Shown here: positions 42,188 through 50,822 of the stretch, in pieces | How positions within the stretch are numbered: position 1 is the stretch's first letter | How the letters are laid out: every line of letters starts with the position of its first letter | From: Escherichia phage vB_EcoM-ZQ3 | Sequence record: MW630116.1 | DNA: 64,000 nt | Direction: 5' to 3' (one strand) | Position numbers and translations under genes: made by a program | Notes under the pieces: model-generated | The model's database searches: none | What the model saw: only the letters and a program-made list of their open reading frames with translations | What the model was told of the DNA's origin: nothing

Positions 42188-42730
42188 ATGAGAAAAGCAC
42201 TACTCGCTGGTCTATTTGCTCTTTCATTATCAGCACATAGCTCCGAGCATACTTTTAGTAATGTCCAACTCGATAACTTGAATTATGCTTATCAGTTTGG
42301 GGAACAGTTTTCTAAGGACGGAAAATTTAAAACGCATGAAAATATGCATAAGAAAGGACTTGGATACATAATGGCCGCAATACTATGGCAGGAATCATCT
42401 GCTGGTATTAATCTTAAAGATAAGAAAGGTCACCATGCGTATGGAATGTTCCAAAATTATCTACCAACAATGAGGGCAAGAATTAACCAGCTTGGTTATA
42501 ATATGTCTGATGCCCAAATTAAGAAAATGCTATCTAAGCGGTCTAATTCAGCCAGATGGGCTTATATCGAATTTTCTTATTGGTTAAATATACATAACGG
42601 GGATATAAGAAAAGCTATATCCTCATATAATGCGGGATGGAAGACAAGTGCTGGAAGTAAATATGCTTCTGAAGTCCTAGAAAAGGCTAATTACCTTAAA
42701 TCAAATAAACTACTGGAAATAAAAGAATGA
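42188..42730 (+). CDS. Secreted lytic-transglycosylase-like protein (SLT domain)
   Basis: Signal peptide MRKALLAGLFALSLSAHS; catalytic-type ILWQESS and SSYNAGW motifs. Confidence 0.65.
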   Translation: MRKALLAGLFALSLSAHSSEHTFSNVQLDNLNYAYQFGEQFSKDGKFKTHENMHKKGLGYIMAAILWQESSAGINLKDKKGHHAYGMFQNYLPTMRARINQLGYNMSDAQIKKMLSKRSNSARWAYIEFSYWLNIHNGDIRKAISSYNAGWKTSAGSKYASEVLEKANYLKSNKLLEIKE

Positions 42731-43074
42731 CCAAAATGTTGGCTTTAATAGTTGGCTTGGTTTCATTTAACGCTCTTGCTAATACTACATATACTGATGT
42801 AACGGAGTATACAAACAGAACAGCGTCTGATTATTGTGGTAAAAGTCAAGAGTGTAAAGTAGATTTTTCACAAAAATTGTTATATGCGTATAAAGACGGA
42901 GAAAAAGATGGGGCGTCTAGTAGGTTCAAGGCGTCTACCTTAATTAAAAGATACTATAAAAAATGGCAAATATTAGAATGCTCGGTGGCGGAACCTAAAG
43001 ATAAGGCAGCATGCAATTCTATGGTGGACCGTCTAGTTGACTCTTATACTAGAGGACTTGCAGCAAGTGATTAA
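42727..43074 (+). CDS. Secreted Cys-containing protein
   Basis: Signal peptide MTKMLALIVGLVSFNALA; four Cys; 115 aa. Confidence 0.5.
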   Translation: MTKMLALIVGLVSFNALANTTYTDVTEYTNRTASDYCGKSQECKVDFSQKLLYAYKDGEKDGASSRFKASTLIKRYYKKWQILECSVAEPKDKAACNSMVDRLVDSYTRGLAASD

Positions 43075-43534
43075 AAACTATATCAAGGGCGATATTGTCG
43101 CCCTGTTTTCTAAAGGTAATAATATTGCTCATGGGTGTAATTGTTTTCATACAATGGGCGCCGGTGTGGCAGGACAATTAGCAAAGGCTTATCCAAAAAT
43201 TCTAGAAGCCGATAAACTTCAAACCGAATTCGGAGACGAGTCTAAACTCGGGACTTATTCGGTTTATGAAAAATATTTTAAGACCCACAAAGCTTATTGC
43301 TTTAATCTTTATACGCAGTTTGAGCCGGGACCTAATTTTGAGTACTCTGCTTTAATGAATTGTATAATAGAATTAAATAAATTCGGAAAGAATAAGATAA
43401 CAAAGCCTGTAATTTATATGCCAAGAATTGGTGCAGGTATCGGTGGTGGAAACTGGGACGTCATCGAAGAGATTTTAGATACGTATTCCACTAAACTAGA
43501 AATTGTGATTGTTGATTGGGAACCATTATTATGA
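43067..43534 (+). CDS. Macro-domain protein (ADP-ribose binding or hydrolysis); start uncertain (GTG 43067 or TTG 43037)
   Basis: NIAHGCNCFHTMGAGVAGQLAKAYP and RIGAGIGGGNWDVIEEIL resemble macro-domain glycine-rich loops; no in-frame ATG at the N-terminus. Confidence 0.55.
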   Translation: MIKNYIKGDIVALFSKGNNIAHGCNCFHTMGAGVAGQLAKAYPKILEADKLQTEFGDESKLGTYSVYEKYFKTHKAYCFNLYTQFEPGPNFEYSALMNCIIELNKFGKNKITKPVIYMPRIGAGIGGGNWDVIEEILDTYSTKLEIVIVDWEPLL

Positions 43535-43743
43535 ATATACATTATCCACATCCATATGACCCAAAGAATAAGGCAGTAATTATTCGTCAATGGGAACGCA
43601 TTTGTCGTACCAAATGTCCAATTAATAGTCCACATGATGTAGATAAAGACTACATCGGAACATTCGTTGAATATACTTTTATCGATAAGAAAGGCCGTAA
43701 ACAACATGTAGAAGAATATTGCTTAAAGGTGACATGGTTATGA
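43531..43743 (+). CDS. Hypothetical protein
   Basis: 70 aa; ATGA overlap. Confidence 0.45.
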   Translation: MNIHYPHPYDPKNKAVIIRQWERICRTKCPINSPHDVDKDYIGTFVEYTFIDKKGRKQHVEEYCLKVTWL

Positions 43744-43925
43744 GTTTAAGTAAAGAACAAAAAGACAGACTGTTTTCTCTTATTCACGAAGTTATGGATA
43801 AAAATAGTGAATTGGAAAAAGTTTGCGATGAATGCGGTCCTTTTAATACCGACGAATACGAAGAACTGTGTAAAGATTTCGACGATAAAGAACAAGAACT
43901 TATTGATTATATAAATTCCTTATGA
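43740..43925 (+). CDS. Hypothetical small acidic protein (paralog of the next ORF)
   Basis: 61 aa; shares an N-terminal pattern with 43922..44119. Confidence 0.45.
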   Translation: MSLSKEQKDRLFSLIHEVMDKNSELEKVCDECGPFNTDEYEELCKDFDDKEQELIDYINSL

Positions 43926-44119
43926 TTACTCGCGAACAAAAGAATGAAATACGATTTTTAATCAGCGAAATTATTAGTTTAGAACGAGATTTATCTTTTG
44001 AATTGGCTTCGGATTATGGAGATGCTGAAACATACTACGAATTAGTAAAATCTATCGATAAAGCTGAAAATGATTTAGAAACATATTTAGAAAATTTAAC
44101 TAAGGACTCTTATGGCTAG
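43922..44119 (+). CDS. Hypothetical small acidic protein
   Basis: 65 aa. Confidence 0.45.
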   Translation: MITREQKNEIRFLISEIISLERDLSFELASDYGDAETYYELVKSIDKAENDLETYLENLTKDSYG

Positions 44120-44693
44120 TTTAATTTTTACATATGCCGCTATGAACGCTGGTAAGTCTGCTTCATTACTTACTGCCGCACATAACTATAAAGAACGTGG
44201 CATGGGTGTATTAGTTCTTAAACCGGCTATTGATACTCGCGATTCAAAAGGTGAAATAGTCTCTCGTATTGGTATTCGTCAGGACGCCAATATAATTACA
44301 AAAGACATGGATATCTTTGAATTCTATAAATGGGCTGCAGCACAAAAGGATATTCATTGTGTATTTGTTGACGAAGCTCAGTTCTTAACTACTGAAAAGG
44401 TGTATCAACTTAGTCGTATTGTTGACGTATACAATGTGCCGGTAATGGCATATGGACTACGAACAGATTTTAAAGGTAATCTATTTGAAGGTTCTCAAGC
44501 ATTAATGGCTATTGCCGATAAGCTTGTTGAACTTAAAGGCGTCTGTCATTGTGGTAAAAAGGCCACAATGGTAGCTAGAGTCACGGAAGACGGACTTCCA
44601 ATTACAGATGGCAGTCAAATTGAAATTGGTGATACTGATAGATATGTGTCATTATGCCGGAAGCATTGGAATGATTTGACAGGGTTGTTATAA
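44112..44693 (+). CDS. tk: Thymidine kinase
   Basis: 193 aa; P-loop AMNAGKS; Zn-binding CHCGKKA...C; T4 Tk-like. Confidence 0.95.
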   Translation: MASLIFTYAAMNAGKSASLLTAAHNYKERGMGVLVLKPAIDTRDSKGEIVSRIGIRQDANIITKDMDIFEFYKWAAAQKDIHCVFVDEAQFLTTEKVYQLSRIVDVYNVPVMAYGLRTDFKGNLFEGSQALMAIADKLVELKGVCHCGKKATMVARVTEDGLPITDGSQIEIGDTDRYVSLCRKHWNDLTGLL

Positions 44694-44720
44694 ATACTAA
44701 TATCTAACCAAGAGGTATAT

Positions 44721-44933
44721 ATGCAGCAATTAAACGAAAGACAACTTCGTAATCTTACTGTAACCCAACTGGATGAAATCCGAAGAGAATTAGGACATTC
44801 TATTTCTCATTTAAACGAGGATATCCGTCAAACTGGTTCTAAAGCTGATTATACACGCAAGCGCAAGCTGGAAAAATACCTCACAGATGTTAAGGCCGTC
44901 CAAAGGCGAAAAATAAATACTGGCCAAAATTAA
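44721..44933 (+). CDS. Hypothetical protein
   Basis: 70 aa. Confidence 0.5.
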   Translation: MQQLNERQLRNLTVTQLDEIRRELGHSISHLNEDIRQTGSKADYTRKRKLEKYLTDVKAVQRRKINTGQN

Positions 44934-44945
44934 CAGGAGGCCTAT

Positions 44946-45248
44946 ATGGCCTTAAGAGCGATAGCTGTCATGGCGATGCTGGGGTTTTTTGCAGCAACAA
45001 CTCCTATCGTTGGTACTGCGTACACCGACCCATATTTTGATAACTTTATGGAATCAGGGATTAAAAACGTATATACTTTGTTTGAAATTCAAAATGTCGA
45101 GAATTCTGAAAAATTCTATAAGTATATGGCAAAGCATTACAAAAATAGCCCCTGTGATGATGCATTTGAATGTCATGAACAAGGCATAAAAACTGCCAGA
45201 CAATTTGCCGAGTTCATGAAAATAAAATTAGAGCCTACATCTATCTAA
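44946..45248 (+). CDS. rI: Lysis-inhibition regulator rI (periplasmic antiholin)
   Basis: 100 aa; N-terminal signal-anchor; DPYFDNFMESGIKNVYTLFE and CDDAFEC motifs resemble T4 RI. Confidence 0.75.
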   Translation: MALRAIAVMAMLGFFAATTPIVGTAYTDPYFDNFMESGIKNVYTLFEIQNVENSEKFYKYMAKHYKNSPCDDAFECHEQGIKTARQFAEFMKIKLEPTSI

Positions 45249-45254
45249 TTTAAT

Positions 45255-45283
45255 AGCCCCTTCCTTATGGTTGGGGCTTTTTT
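45255..45283 (+). terminator. Rho-independent terminator after rI
   Basis: AGCCCC...GGGGCT stem plus TTTTT. Confidence 0.6.
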
Positions 45284-45349
45284 GCATTTAGCAGTTTACT
45301 TCTCCTCAGGTTGTGTTATAGTAGTCCTTACTTACTAGAGGAGAACGTT

Positions 45350-45529
45350 ATGTCACGTAAAGAAAAAATTTCTAAGTTAATGTTTTTGATTGAAGAGTAC
45401 GCTAATGCGGTATCTGATTGGGAAAATGCTCATGGTTGCGAAGATGGAGACATCGACATTAACAGAGCTATGAAAAAGATGGCTGATACGCACACCGAAT
45501 TGCAAATGTATGTTAACGAGATTATGTGA
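45350..45529 (+). CDS. Hypothetical small protein
   Basis: 59 aa; GAGGAGAA RBS within a promoter cassette. Confidence 0.4.
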   Translation: MSRKEKISKLMFLIEEYANAVSDWENAHGCEDGDIDINRAMKKMADTHTELQMYVNEIM

Positions 45530-45536
45530 GGATATT

Positions 45537-45701
45537 ATGCTTTACGATTATACTGGAAAATCTGAAGACGGTGTACTTGAACTTTTACCTGAAAGCGCTG
45601 AAGATGATATGGTGGTGATATATTGTGTTGGTTGTCAATCAATGCATGATGAAATTTTTAAACGTGAACCAAGAAACTGTTGGCACAGGAGCATGAGATG
45701 A
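45537..45701 (+). CDS. Hypothetical small protein (paralog of 45793..46008)
   Basis: 54 aa; MLYDYTGKSEDGVLELLPE resembles MLYDPSGCSEDGVIVLEPE. Confidence 0.4.
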   Translation: MLYDYTGKSEDGVLELLPESAEDDMVVIYCVGCQSMHDEIFKREPRNCWHRSMR

Positions 45702-45793
45702 TTTATTATCTTGAACCTTGGGCTTGGTTAACAATGGCTGTAGGACCTGTTTTAATTGGTTTATTCTTTTCATGGTTAGCGAGGAAACTGTAA
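45698..45793 (+). CDS. Possible 31-aa hydrophobic micro-protein
   Basis: MIYYLEPWAWLTMAVGPVLIGLFFSWLARKL; ATGA and TAATG overlaps with both neighbours; below the ORF-track size cutoff. Confidence 0.3.
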   Translation: MIYYLEPWAWLTMAVGPVLIGLFFSWLARKL

Positions 45794-46008
45794 TGTTATA
45801 TGACCCAAGCGGTTGTTCTGAAGATGGTGTGATTGTTCTGGAGCCTGAGCATCCAGTTGGTGATGTATATCGCACCGTTGAAGTATGCGAATGTAATTTC
45901 GTTGAAGGTAATACTGGCGGAATTTCCATTGAGCAAGATGATGATGTTATTTACCTGGATGCAAGCCAAGTAGAAGCTCTTTATAGCATTTTAAAACATA
46001 ATCGGTAG
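45793..46008 (+). CDS. Hypothetical small protein
   Basis: 71 aa. Confidence 0.45.
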   Translation: MLYDPSGCSEDGVIVLEPEHPVGDVYRTVEVCECNFVEGNTGGISIEQDDDVIYLDASQVEALYSILKHNR

Positions 46009-46065
46009 TTTACGTCTTGGTAGGACTATGATATAGTAATCCTACCAAAACAAATGGAGAACAAA

Positions 46066-46176
46066 ATGAAACTTTTGCTTATCGCTTATGTTGTAGTACA
46101 ATACAATTATCCGATGTTTACTTATAACATGGTAAACGGCATAGTGAATCTTATTGAAACGAGTATGGTAAAATGA
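46066..46176 (+). CDS. Possible 36-aa hydrophobic micro-protein
   Basis: MKLLLIAYVVVQYNYPMFTYNMVNGIVNLIETSMVK; directly downstream of a promoter cassette. Confidence 0.3.
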   Translation: MKLLLIAYVVVQYNYPMFTYNMVNGIVNLIETSMVK

Positions 46177-46352
46177 CCCGTGAACAAGCTAATAAATTGA
46201 TGGACCTTATCCGTGACTTACGTGAAGCCGATTCAGATTTGAGTGATGTAGCTTATCATGCGGTAAATGATAACGGAGACTTTTATGAAAATCAGGTTGA
46301 TGCTTGCCAGAATGCTTTGGTGAATTTTGTTGAAACTTTAATTGGTGAATAA
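46173..46352 (+). CDS. Hypothetical small acidic protein
   Basis: 59 aa; ATGA overlap with the upstream micro-ORF. Confidence 0.35.
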   Translation: MTREQANKLMDLIRDLREADSDLSDVAYHAVNDNGDFYENQVDACQNALVNFVETLIGE

Positions 46353-46353
46353 T

Positions 46354-46884
46354 ATGAAAACTGTAATTGAAACAACCGAGTTGTTTGGTGATTTATGTAT
46401 CGAAAAACGTGGTTATGTGTATGTTCTGACACAAGAAGATGATGCTGCTACTATTCTTCCTATGGAACTGGACAAGATTTTGAAACTCAATCCACCAGGT
46501 CATGCATCTGTAATTAACATTAATGAAGACCTTCAAGTTCGTTTTTATCATGGACTTTATAGTGGGGTTAATATCGAAACTGAAGACGAATGTTTTTCTA
46601 TTAATAATTGGAAAACATTCGTCACTAAGGTGAAAGAATTCGTGGAATCTGAAACAGCCAAAAAGGCCAAACTTCAATGGGCTAAATGCCGTAATGCTTT
46701 TATTACAAATCCGGCCAACCCTGTCTCTACAACGGTCTTAGGCGTTAATCCTTCTTATGAAGATGGTGATGTCGTAGTTATTCGTCAAATTGATGACCTT
46801 CGTCAACATATCATTACATTAGACAAAGATGAAGCAGTTGCTCTTAAAGCTTATCTTGATTCTATTATCCCGACTTTGAAATAA
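46354..46884 (+). CDS. Hypothetical protein
   Basis: 176 aa. Confidence 0.55.
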   Translation: MKTVIETTELFGDLCIEKRGYVYVLTQEDDAATILPMELDKILKLNPPGHASVININEDLQVRFYHGLYSGVNIETEDECFSINNWKTFVTKVKEFVESETAKKAKLQWAKCRNAFITNPANPVSTTVLGVNPSYEDGDVVVIRQIDDLRQHIITLDKDEAVALKAYLDSIIPTLK

Positions 46885-46893
46885 GGAATTATT

Positions 46894-47367
46894 ATGATTA
46901 TCAATGAAAACTCTTGGCACTTTAAAATTTATGCCGCGTTCAATAGTACATGGAATCGTCCGAAAACGTTGTGTGCTTATTTTTGGAAAACGTTAATCCC
47001 GGTATTGGCTGTTTCAATTATTGGATTTGCGATTTTAGCAGCAGTAACAATCATTGGCCAAGAAATTTTAACTAGATTCTTTGTTTTTAGCAGTCTATGG
47101 ACATTAGTTCCGGCCTCAATTGGTGTAGGCATTTTAATGGTAGCAGTCATGGCTTTTATTTCTGCCGGGTTGGTAATTGGTCCGTCTTGGTTGTTAGACA
47201 AATATAACGACAGAAAATATTATAAAGAAATTGAGCTCATTGCGCGAAACCAAGAACGAATTAAAAATGGACTTGAGCCTATTGAACGTAAGAAATCATT
47301 AATAGGTGAATACCTTAAAGCTCGTAAAGAAAAAATCTGTCCTACTCTTGAATATAAGGCTAAATAA
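46894..47367 (+). CDS. Predicted membrane protein
   Basis: 157 aa; three hydrophobic helices then a basic C-terminal tail. Confidence 0.5.
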   Translation: MIINENSWHFKIYAAFNSTWNRPKTLCAYFWKTLIPVLAVSIIGFAILAAVTIIGQEILTRFFVFSSLWTLVPASIGVGILMVAVMAFISAGLVIGPSWLLDKYNDRKYYKEIELIARNQERIKNGLEPIERKKSLIGEYLKARKEKICPTLEYKAK

Positions 47368-48353
47368 TGAAAACGATTGTTAAGGCTTACTTTGGTAGCC
47401 ACCTTTATGGAACGTCTACTCCTGAATCTGACGTCGATTTTAAAGAAATTTATGTCCCTCACGCTCGTGATATCTTGACCGGTAACGTTAAAGAACACAT
47501 GAGCAAGAACACGAATAACACATCTTCTAAGAACACAAAAGACGACGTGGACCATGAGTTGTATAGTCTCAAATATTTCTTTAAACTAGCTGCAGATGGC
47601 GAAACCGTCGCATTAGATATGCTTCACACTCCACCAAGTTTAGTAGTTAAATCTGATTTGCCTGATGTATGGAAGTATATTCAAGATAACAGGTCTCGTT
47701 TCTATACCACTAACATGAAATCTTATTTAGGGTATGTCCGTAAGCAAGCTTCTAAATACGGTGTCAAGGGTTCTCGACTGGCTGTTCTTCGTCAAGCCCT
47801 TAAACGTTCTAATGAATGGGGACAATACTTTGATAATGGTGCAGTAATTCGTTTATCACATATGAAGAATGTTCTGCCTGTAGGTGAATTTGCTTCGTGG
47901 GTTGAAACCGAAAACGAGAAAACAGGTAAGCAAACATTCTATAATCTGTTAGACCGTAAATTCCAAGACACATTAACCAATAAAGAGTTCAATGCCATCC
48001 TGGTTAAACTAGAAGAGAACTATGGCGAACGTGCTCGTAAGGCAGAAGCTAACGAAGGTATTGACTGGAAAGCATTGAGTCATGCATGTCGTGGTGGACT
48101 TCAACTATTAGAAATTTATAAAACCGGCGACCTGGTTTACCCACTTCAGGATGCTCCATTTATTCTCGATGTTAAGCTTGGTAAACATACGTTTAAAACT
48201 GTACAAGAATTCCTAGAAGATATCGTTGACCAAGTTGAACATGCGTCAGAACAAGCTGCCAAGAACGGTATGCAACAAAAAGTAGATATGAGTTTCTGGG
48301 ATGATTTCCTTGAACAAGTCTATCTCGAAAATCATAATTCTTACTATAAATAA
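47367..48353 (+). CDS. Predicted nucleotidyltransferase-fold protein
   Basis: N-terminal FGSHLYGTSTPESDVDF fits the G[GS]-x(9-13)-D-x-[DE] signature; 328 aa with helical C-terminal region. Confidence 0.55.
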   Translation: MKTIVKAYFGSHLYGTSTPESDVDFKEIYVPHARDILTGNVKEHMSKNTNNTSSKNTKDDVDHELYSLKYFFKLAADGETVALDMLHTPPSLVVKSDLPDVWKYIQDNRSRFYTTNMKSYLGYVRKQASKYGVKGSRLAVLRQALKRSNEWGQYFDNGAVIRLSHMKNVLPVGEFASWVETENEKTGKQTFYNLLDRKFQDTLTNKEFNAILVKLEENYGERARKAEANEGIDWKALSHACRGGLQLLEIYKTGDLVYPLQDAPFILDVKLGKHTFKTVQEFLEDIVDQVEHASEQAAKNGMQQKVDMSFWDDFLEQVYLENHNSYYK

Positions 48354-48384
48354 GTAGATAAATAACCATTAACTTGAGGTAAAT

Positions 48385-48648
48385 ATGAAAAAATTAGTAA
48401 TTGGTTTATTCGCAGTAATGATGGCATTCTCTGTTGGTGCTACCACGGGTGCAGTTGGTGGTAACCAGACTTCTGGGCCTTCTAATGGTTCGGTAAATGC
48501 ATCACATTCTCAGGGTATTGAGAACATTAGATCAAGCTATATTAATAGCACAGCCGGACAAGCAACTGAAGCATGGTCAAAGGGCCGAGTAGTTACTCGC
48601 TCCGTATTCTGTGATATGCCTAATTATGTTGCTAAGTGCGATAAGTAA
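48385..48648 (+). CDS. Small secreted protein
   Basis: Signal peptide MKKLVIGLFAVMMAFSVGA; Gly/Ser-rich; two C-terminal Cys. Confidence 0.5.
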   Translation: MKKLVIGLFAVMMAFSVGATTGAVGGNQTSGPSNGSVNASHSQGIENIRSSYINSTAGQATEAWSKGRVVTRSVFCDMPNYVAKCDK

Positions 48649-48767
48649 ATGTGGGGACCTTCGGGTCCCTTTAGGGGGTTAAAATATTTTTAAAAAAGTA
48701 GTGTACATGCTTTTAGGATATGTTATTATAGACCTATCGAAACGAAATGAGTAAATTGGAGAATAAA

Positions 48768-49748
48768 ATGTTCAACGTTCAAATCAAAAAAGGTATCTAT
48801 CGTAATAACGAAATCTCTGGTTCTTATGTCGCCACAAAGACATGGTTCCCGGCAAAGCTTAATCCTGAATGTTCCCACTTAGGTGATGGTAAAATTTTCG
48901 TTATGATTGATGGTTCTGAACGTGGAGTATGGGTCTTCAAATCAGACATCGTAATGGAAGGAGTTGAGACATCACCAGTTGCAGTTGTTGAAAGCACTGA
49001 AGATATGAAAACTCGTATCAACAAACGCTTTAAAGTAATGAACATGATGACGAATGGCATTATCGATGGCAAAATTCGTTCACTCATTATTTCAGGTGCA
49101 GCTGGTATTGGTAAGACGTATTCTCTGGATAAAGCACTTAATAATGCTAATGATAATGGTTTCATCAAATACAAAAGCATTAATGGTAAAATCTCTGGTA
49201 TTGGCCTTTACGAACAACTTTGGCTCAACCGTGATGCAGACAGCGTTCTCTTAATCGACGACGTTGACGTATTCTCGGATATGGACATCTTGAACCTTCT
49301 TAAAGCAGCATTAGATACTGGAGATAAACGCAAAGTTTGCTGGAGCACTGCGTCATCTTATCTCGATGATAAGGGTATTGATAAAGAATTTGAGTTTGAA
49401 GGTACTATCGTTTTCATTACAAACGTTGATATCGATAAAGAGTTAGAACGCGGTTCGAAGCTTGCCCCACACCTTCAAGCTTTAGTATCTCGTTCAGTGT
49501 ATCTCGACCTTGGAGTACACTCTAATGAAGAGATTATGGTTCGAGTTGAAGATGTAATATTATCTACTGACATGATGCAGAAACGTGGTCTGACAGATGC
49601 AGAAACGTATAAAGCATTGTCCTGGATGAAGGCCAACGTATCTCGTCTTCGCAATGTATCATTACGTACGGCTCTTTATGTAGCAGATTTTATTTCAACT
49701 GATAAAGATGGTTGGGAAGAAATCTCTGAAGTAACTTTACTGAAATAA
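48768..49748 (+). CDS. AAA+/P-loop ATPase with about 100-aa N-terminal domain
   Basis: Walker A ISGAAGIGKT, Walker B VLLIDDVD; start placed at the second ATG of an ATGAGT...GGAG...ATG leader. Confidence 0.6.
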   Translation: MFNVQIKKGIYRNNEISGSYVATKTWFPAKLNPECSHLGDGKIFVMIDGSERGVWVFKSDIVMEGVETSPVAVVESTEDMKTRINKRFKVMNMMTNGIIDGKIRSLIISGAAGIGKTYSLDKALNNANDNGFIKYKSINGKISGIGLYEQLWLNRDADSVLLIDDVDVFSDMDILNLLKAALDTGDKRKVCWSTASSYLDDKGIDKEFEFEGTIVFITNVDIDKELERGSKLAPHLQALVSRSVYLDLGVHSNEEIMVRVEDVILSTDMMQKRGLTDAETYKALSWMKANVSRLRNVSLRTALYVADFISTDKDGWEEISEVTLLK

Positions 49749-49886
49749 GCTTATAGGAAGTTCTGAGGTAACAAAAGCCATAAAGATGAATAATCATATG
49801 GCTTACCTCAAAGAAGGACACCAGGAACCTACTGAGGGCATAGAAATATTTAAAAATAATGGTGTACAAATCAAAGAGGATATGTT

Positions 49887-50174
49887 ATGGATTTTATGCA
49901 AAAAATTAAAGCCGCAGTCGAACTGTATGCTCATCGTATGGTTAGTTCTACGATGCAATACAGCGAGGAGGTTCGCCAGGACTCTTCCTTGAAAGGAAAA
50001 ACTAAAGCCTTAATTACCTTAGACCGTCTACAAAAGAATGCCCTAGAGTTGTTACAGTACGACAAGGATGCATATAAGAAAGAACAGGAAGAGAAACTTA
50101 AATCTGAAAAATTACAAAAAATCCCGAAATCGGTTTGGTTCAGCGGAAAAAATACCGAAAAAAGTTTCTTTTAG
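49887..50174 (+). CDS. Hypothetical protein
   Basis: 95 aa; AGAGGA RBS; overlapping alternative frame 49786..49992 is less likely. Confidence 0.45.
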   Translation: MDFMQKIKAAVELYAHRMVSSTMQYSEEVRQDSSLKGKTKALITLDRLQKNALELLQYDKDAYKKEQEEKLKSEKLQKIPKSVWFSGKNTEKSFF

Positions 50175-50232
50175 TTGTTTACAAGGTCTATGGTTGTGTT
50201 ATTATAGACCTATCAACTACTGGAGGTAAAAC

Positions 50233-50673
50233 ATGAACGCTAAAGATATTTTCAACCTGGTAAATTATAACGACGGTAAATTTAAATCTGAAGCACAAAG
50301 CAAGTTCTTTAATGACGTTGCTTATGGTAACGAGATTACCGTAGACGGAGGTCAGATTTTCAAATCTCGCTGGAATTGGATTGTTATCATCGATTCAGTT
50401 GGAATTGTGGAAGTCTACAAAAACACTAACAAAAAACGTACATTATTCTGGTCTCGTGAAACTAACGAGCAGTACAAAAAGGATAAAGCATCTCGTTTAT
50501 CCAAAGTAACCCAGGAAGATATCGAGTTTATCAAGAAAGATATCGAGATGTACGAAAATTTAATCGCTGAAGACCAGGCAGTACTCGATAAGTTTGATGA
50601 AATTAAAGCTTCTCGTGAAATCCCTGACTTCATGAAAGAAACAGTAAATGAACGATACGCTCTCACTTCATAA
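50233..50673 (+). CDS. Hypothetical protein
   Basis: 146 aa; promoter cassette and GGAGGT RBS. Confidence 0.5.
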   Translation: MNAKDIFNLVNYNDGKFKSEAQSKFFNDVAYGNEITVDGGQIFKSRWNWIVIIDSVGIVEVYKNTNKKRTLFWSRETNEQYKKDKASRLSKVTQEDIEFIKKDIEMYENLIAEDQAVLDKFDEIKASREIPDFMKETVNERYALTS

Positions 50674-50822
50674 CGTATTGCAAACTATACAAAACAGAAA
50701 TCAGAACGTATTAGTACTCTTCGGAAATTTGAAGAACGTTTAAAGACGGTTCACGCATAAACGCTTTACCCAAGGACGGGTTATAATGGTTTTGAGTTCC
50801 AATTCAATCTGAGGAAATAGTT

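Noticed and set aside
48690-48730. MotA-box middle promoter (aTGCTTtta) upstream of the ATPase gene
   Set aside because: A single match with uncertain spacing to the -10 region; not enough evidence by eye.
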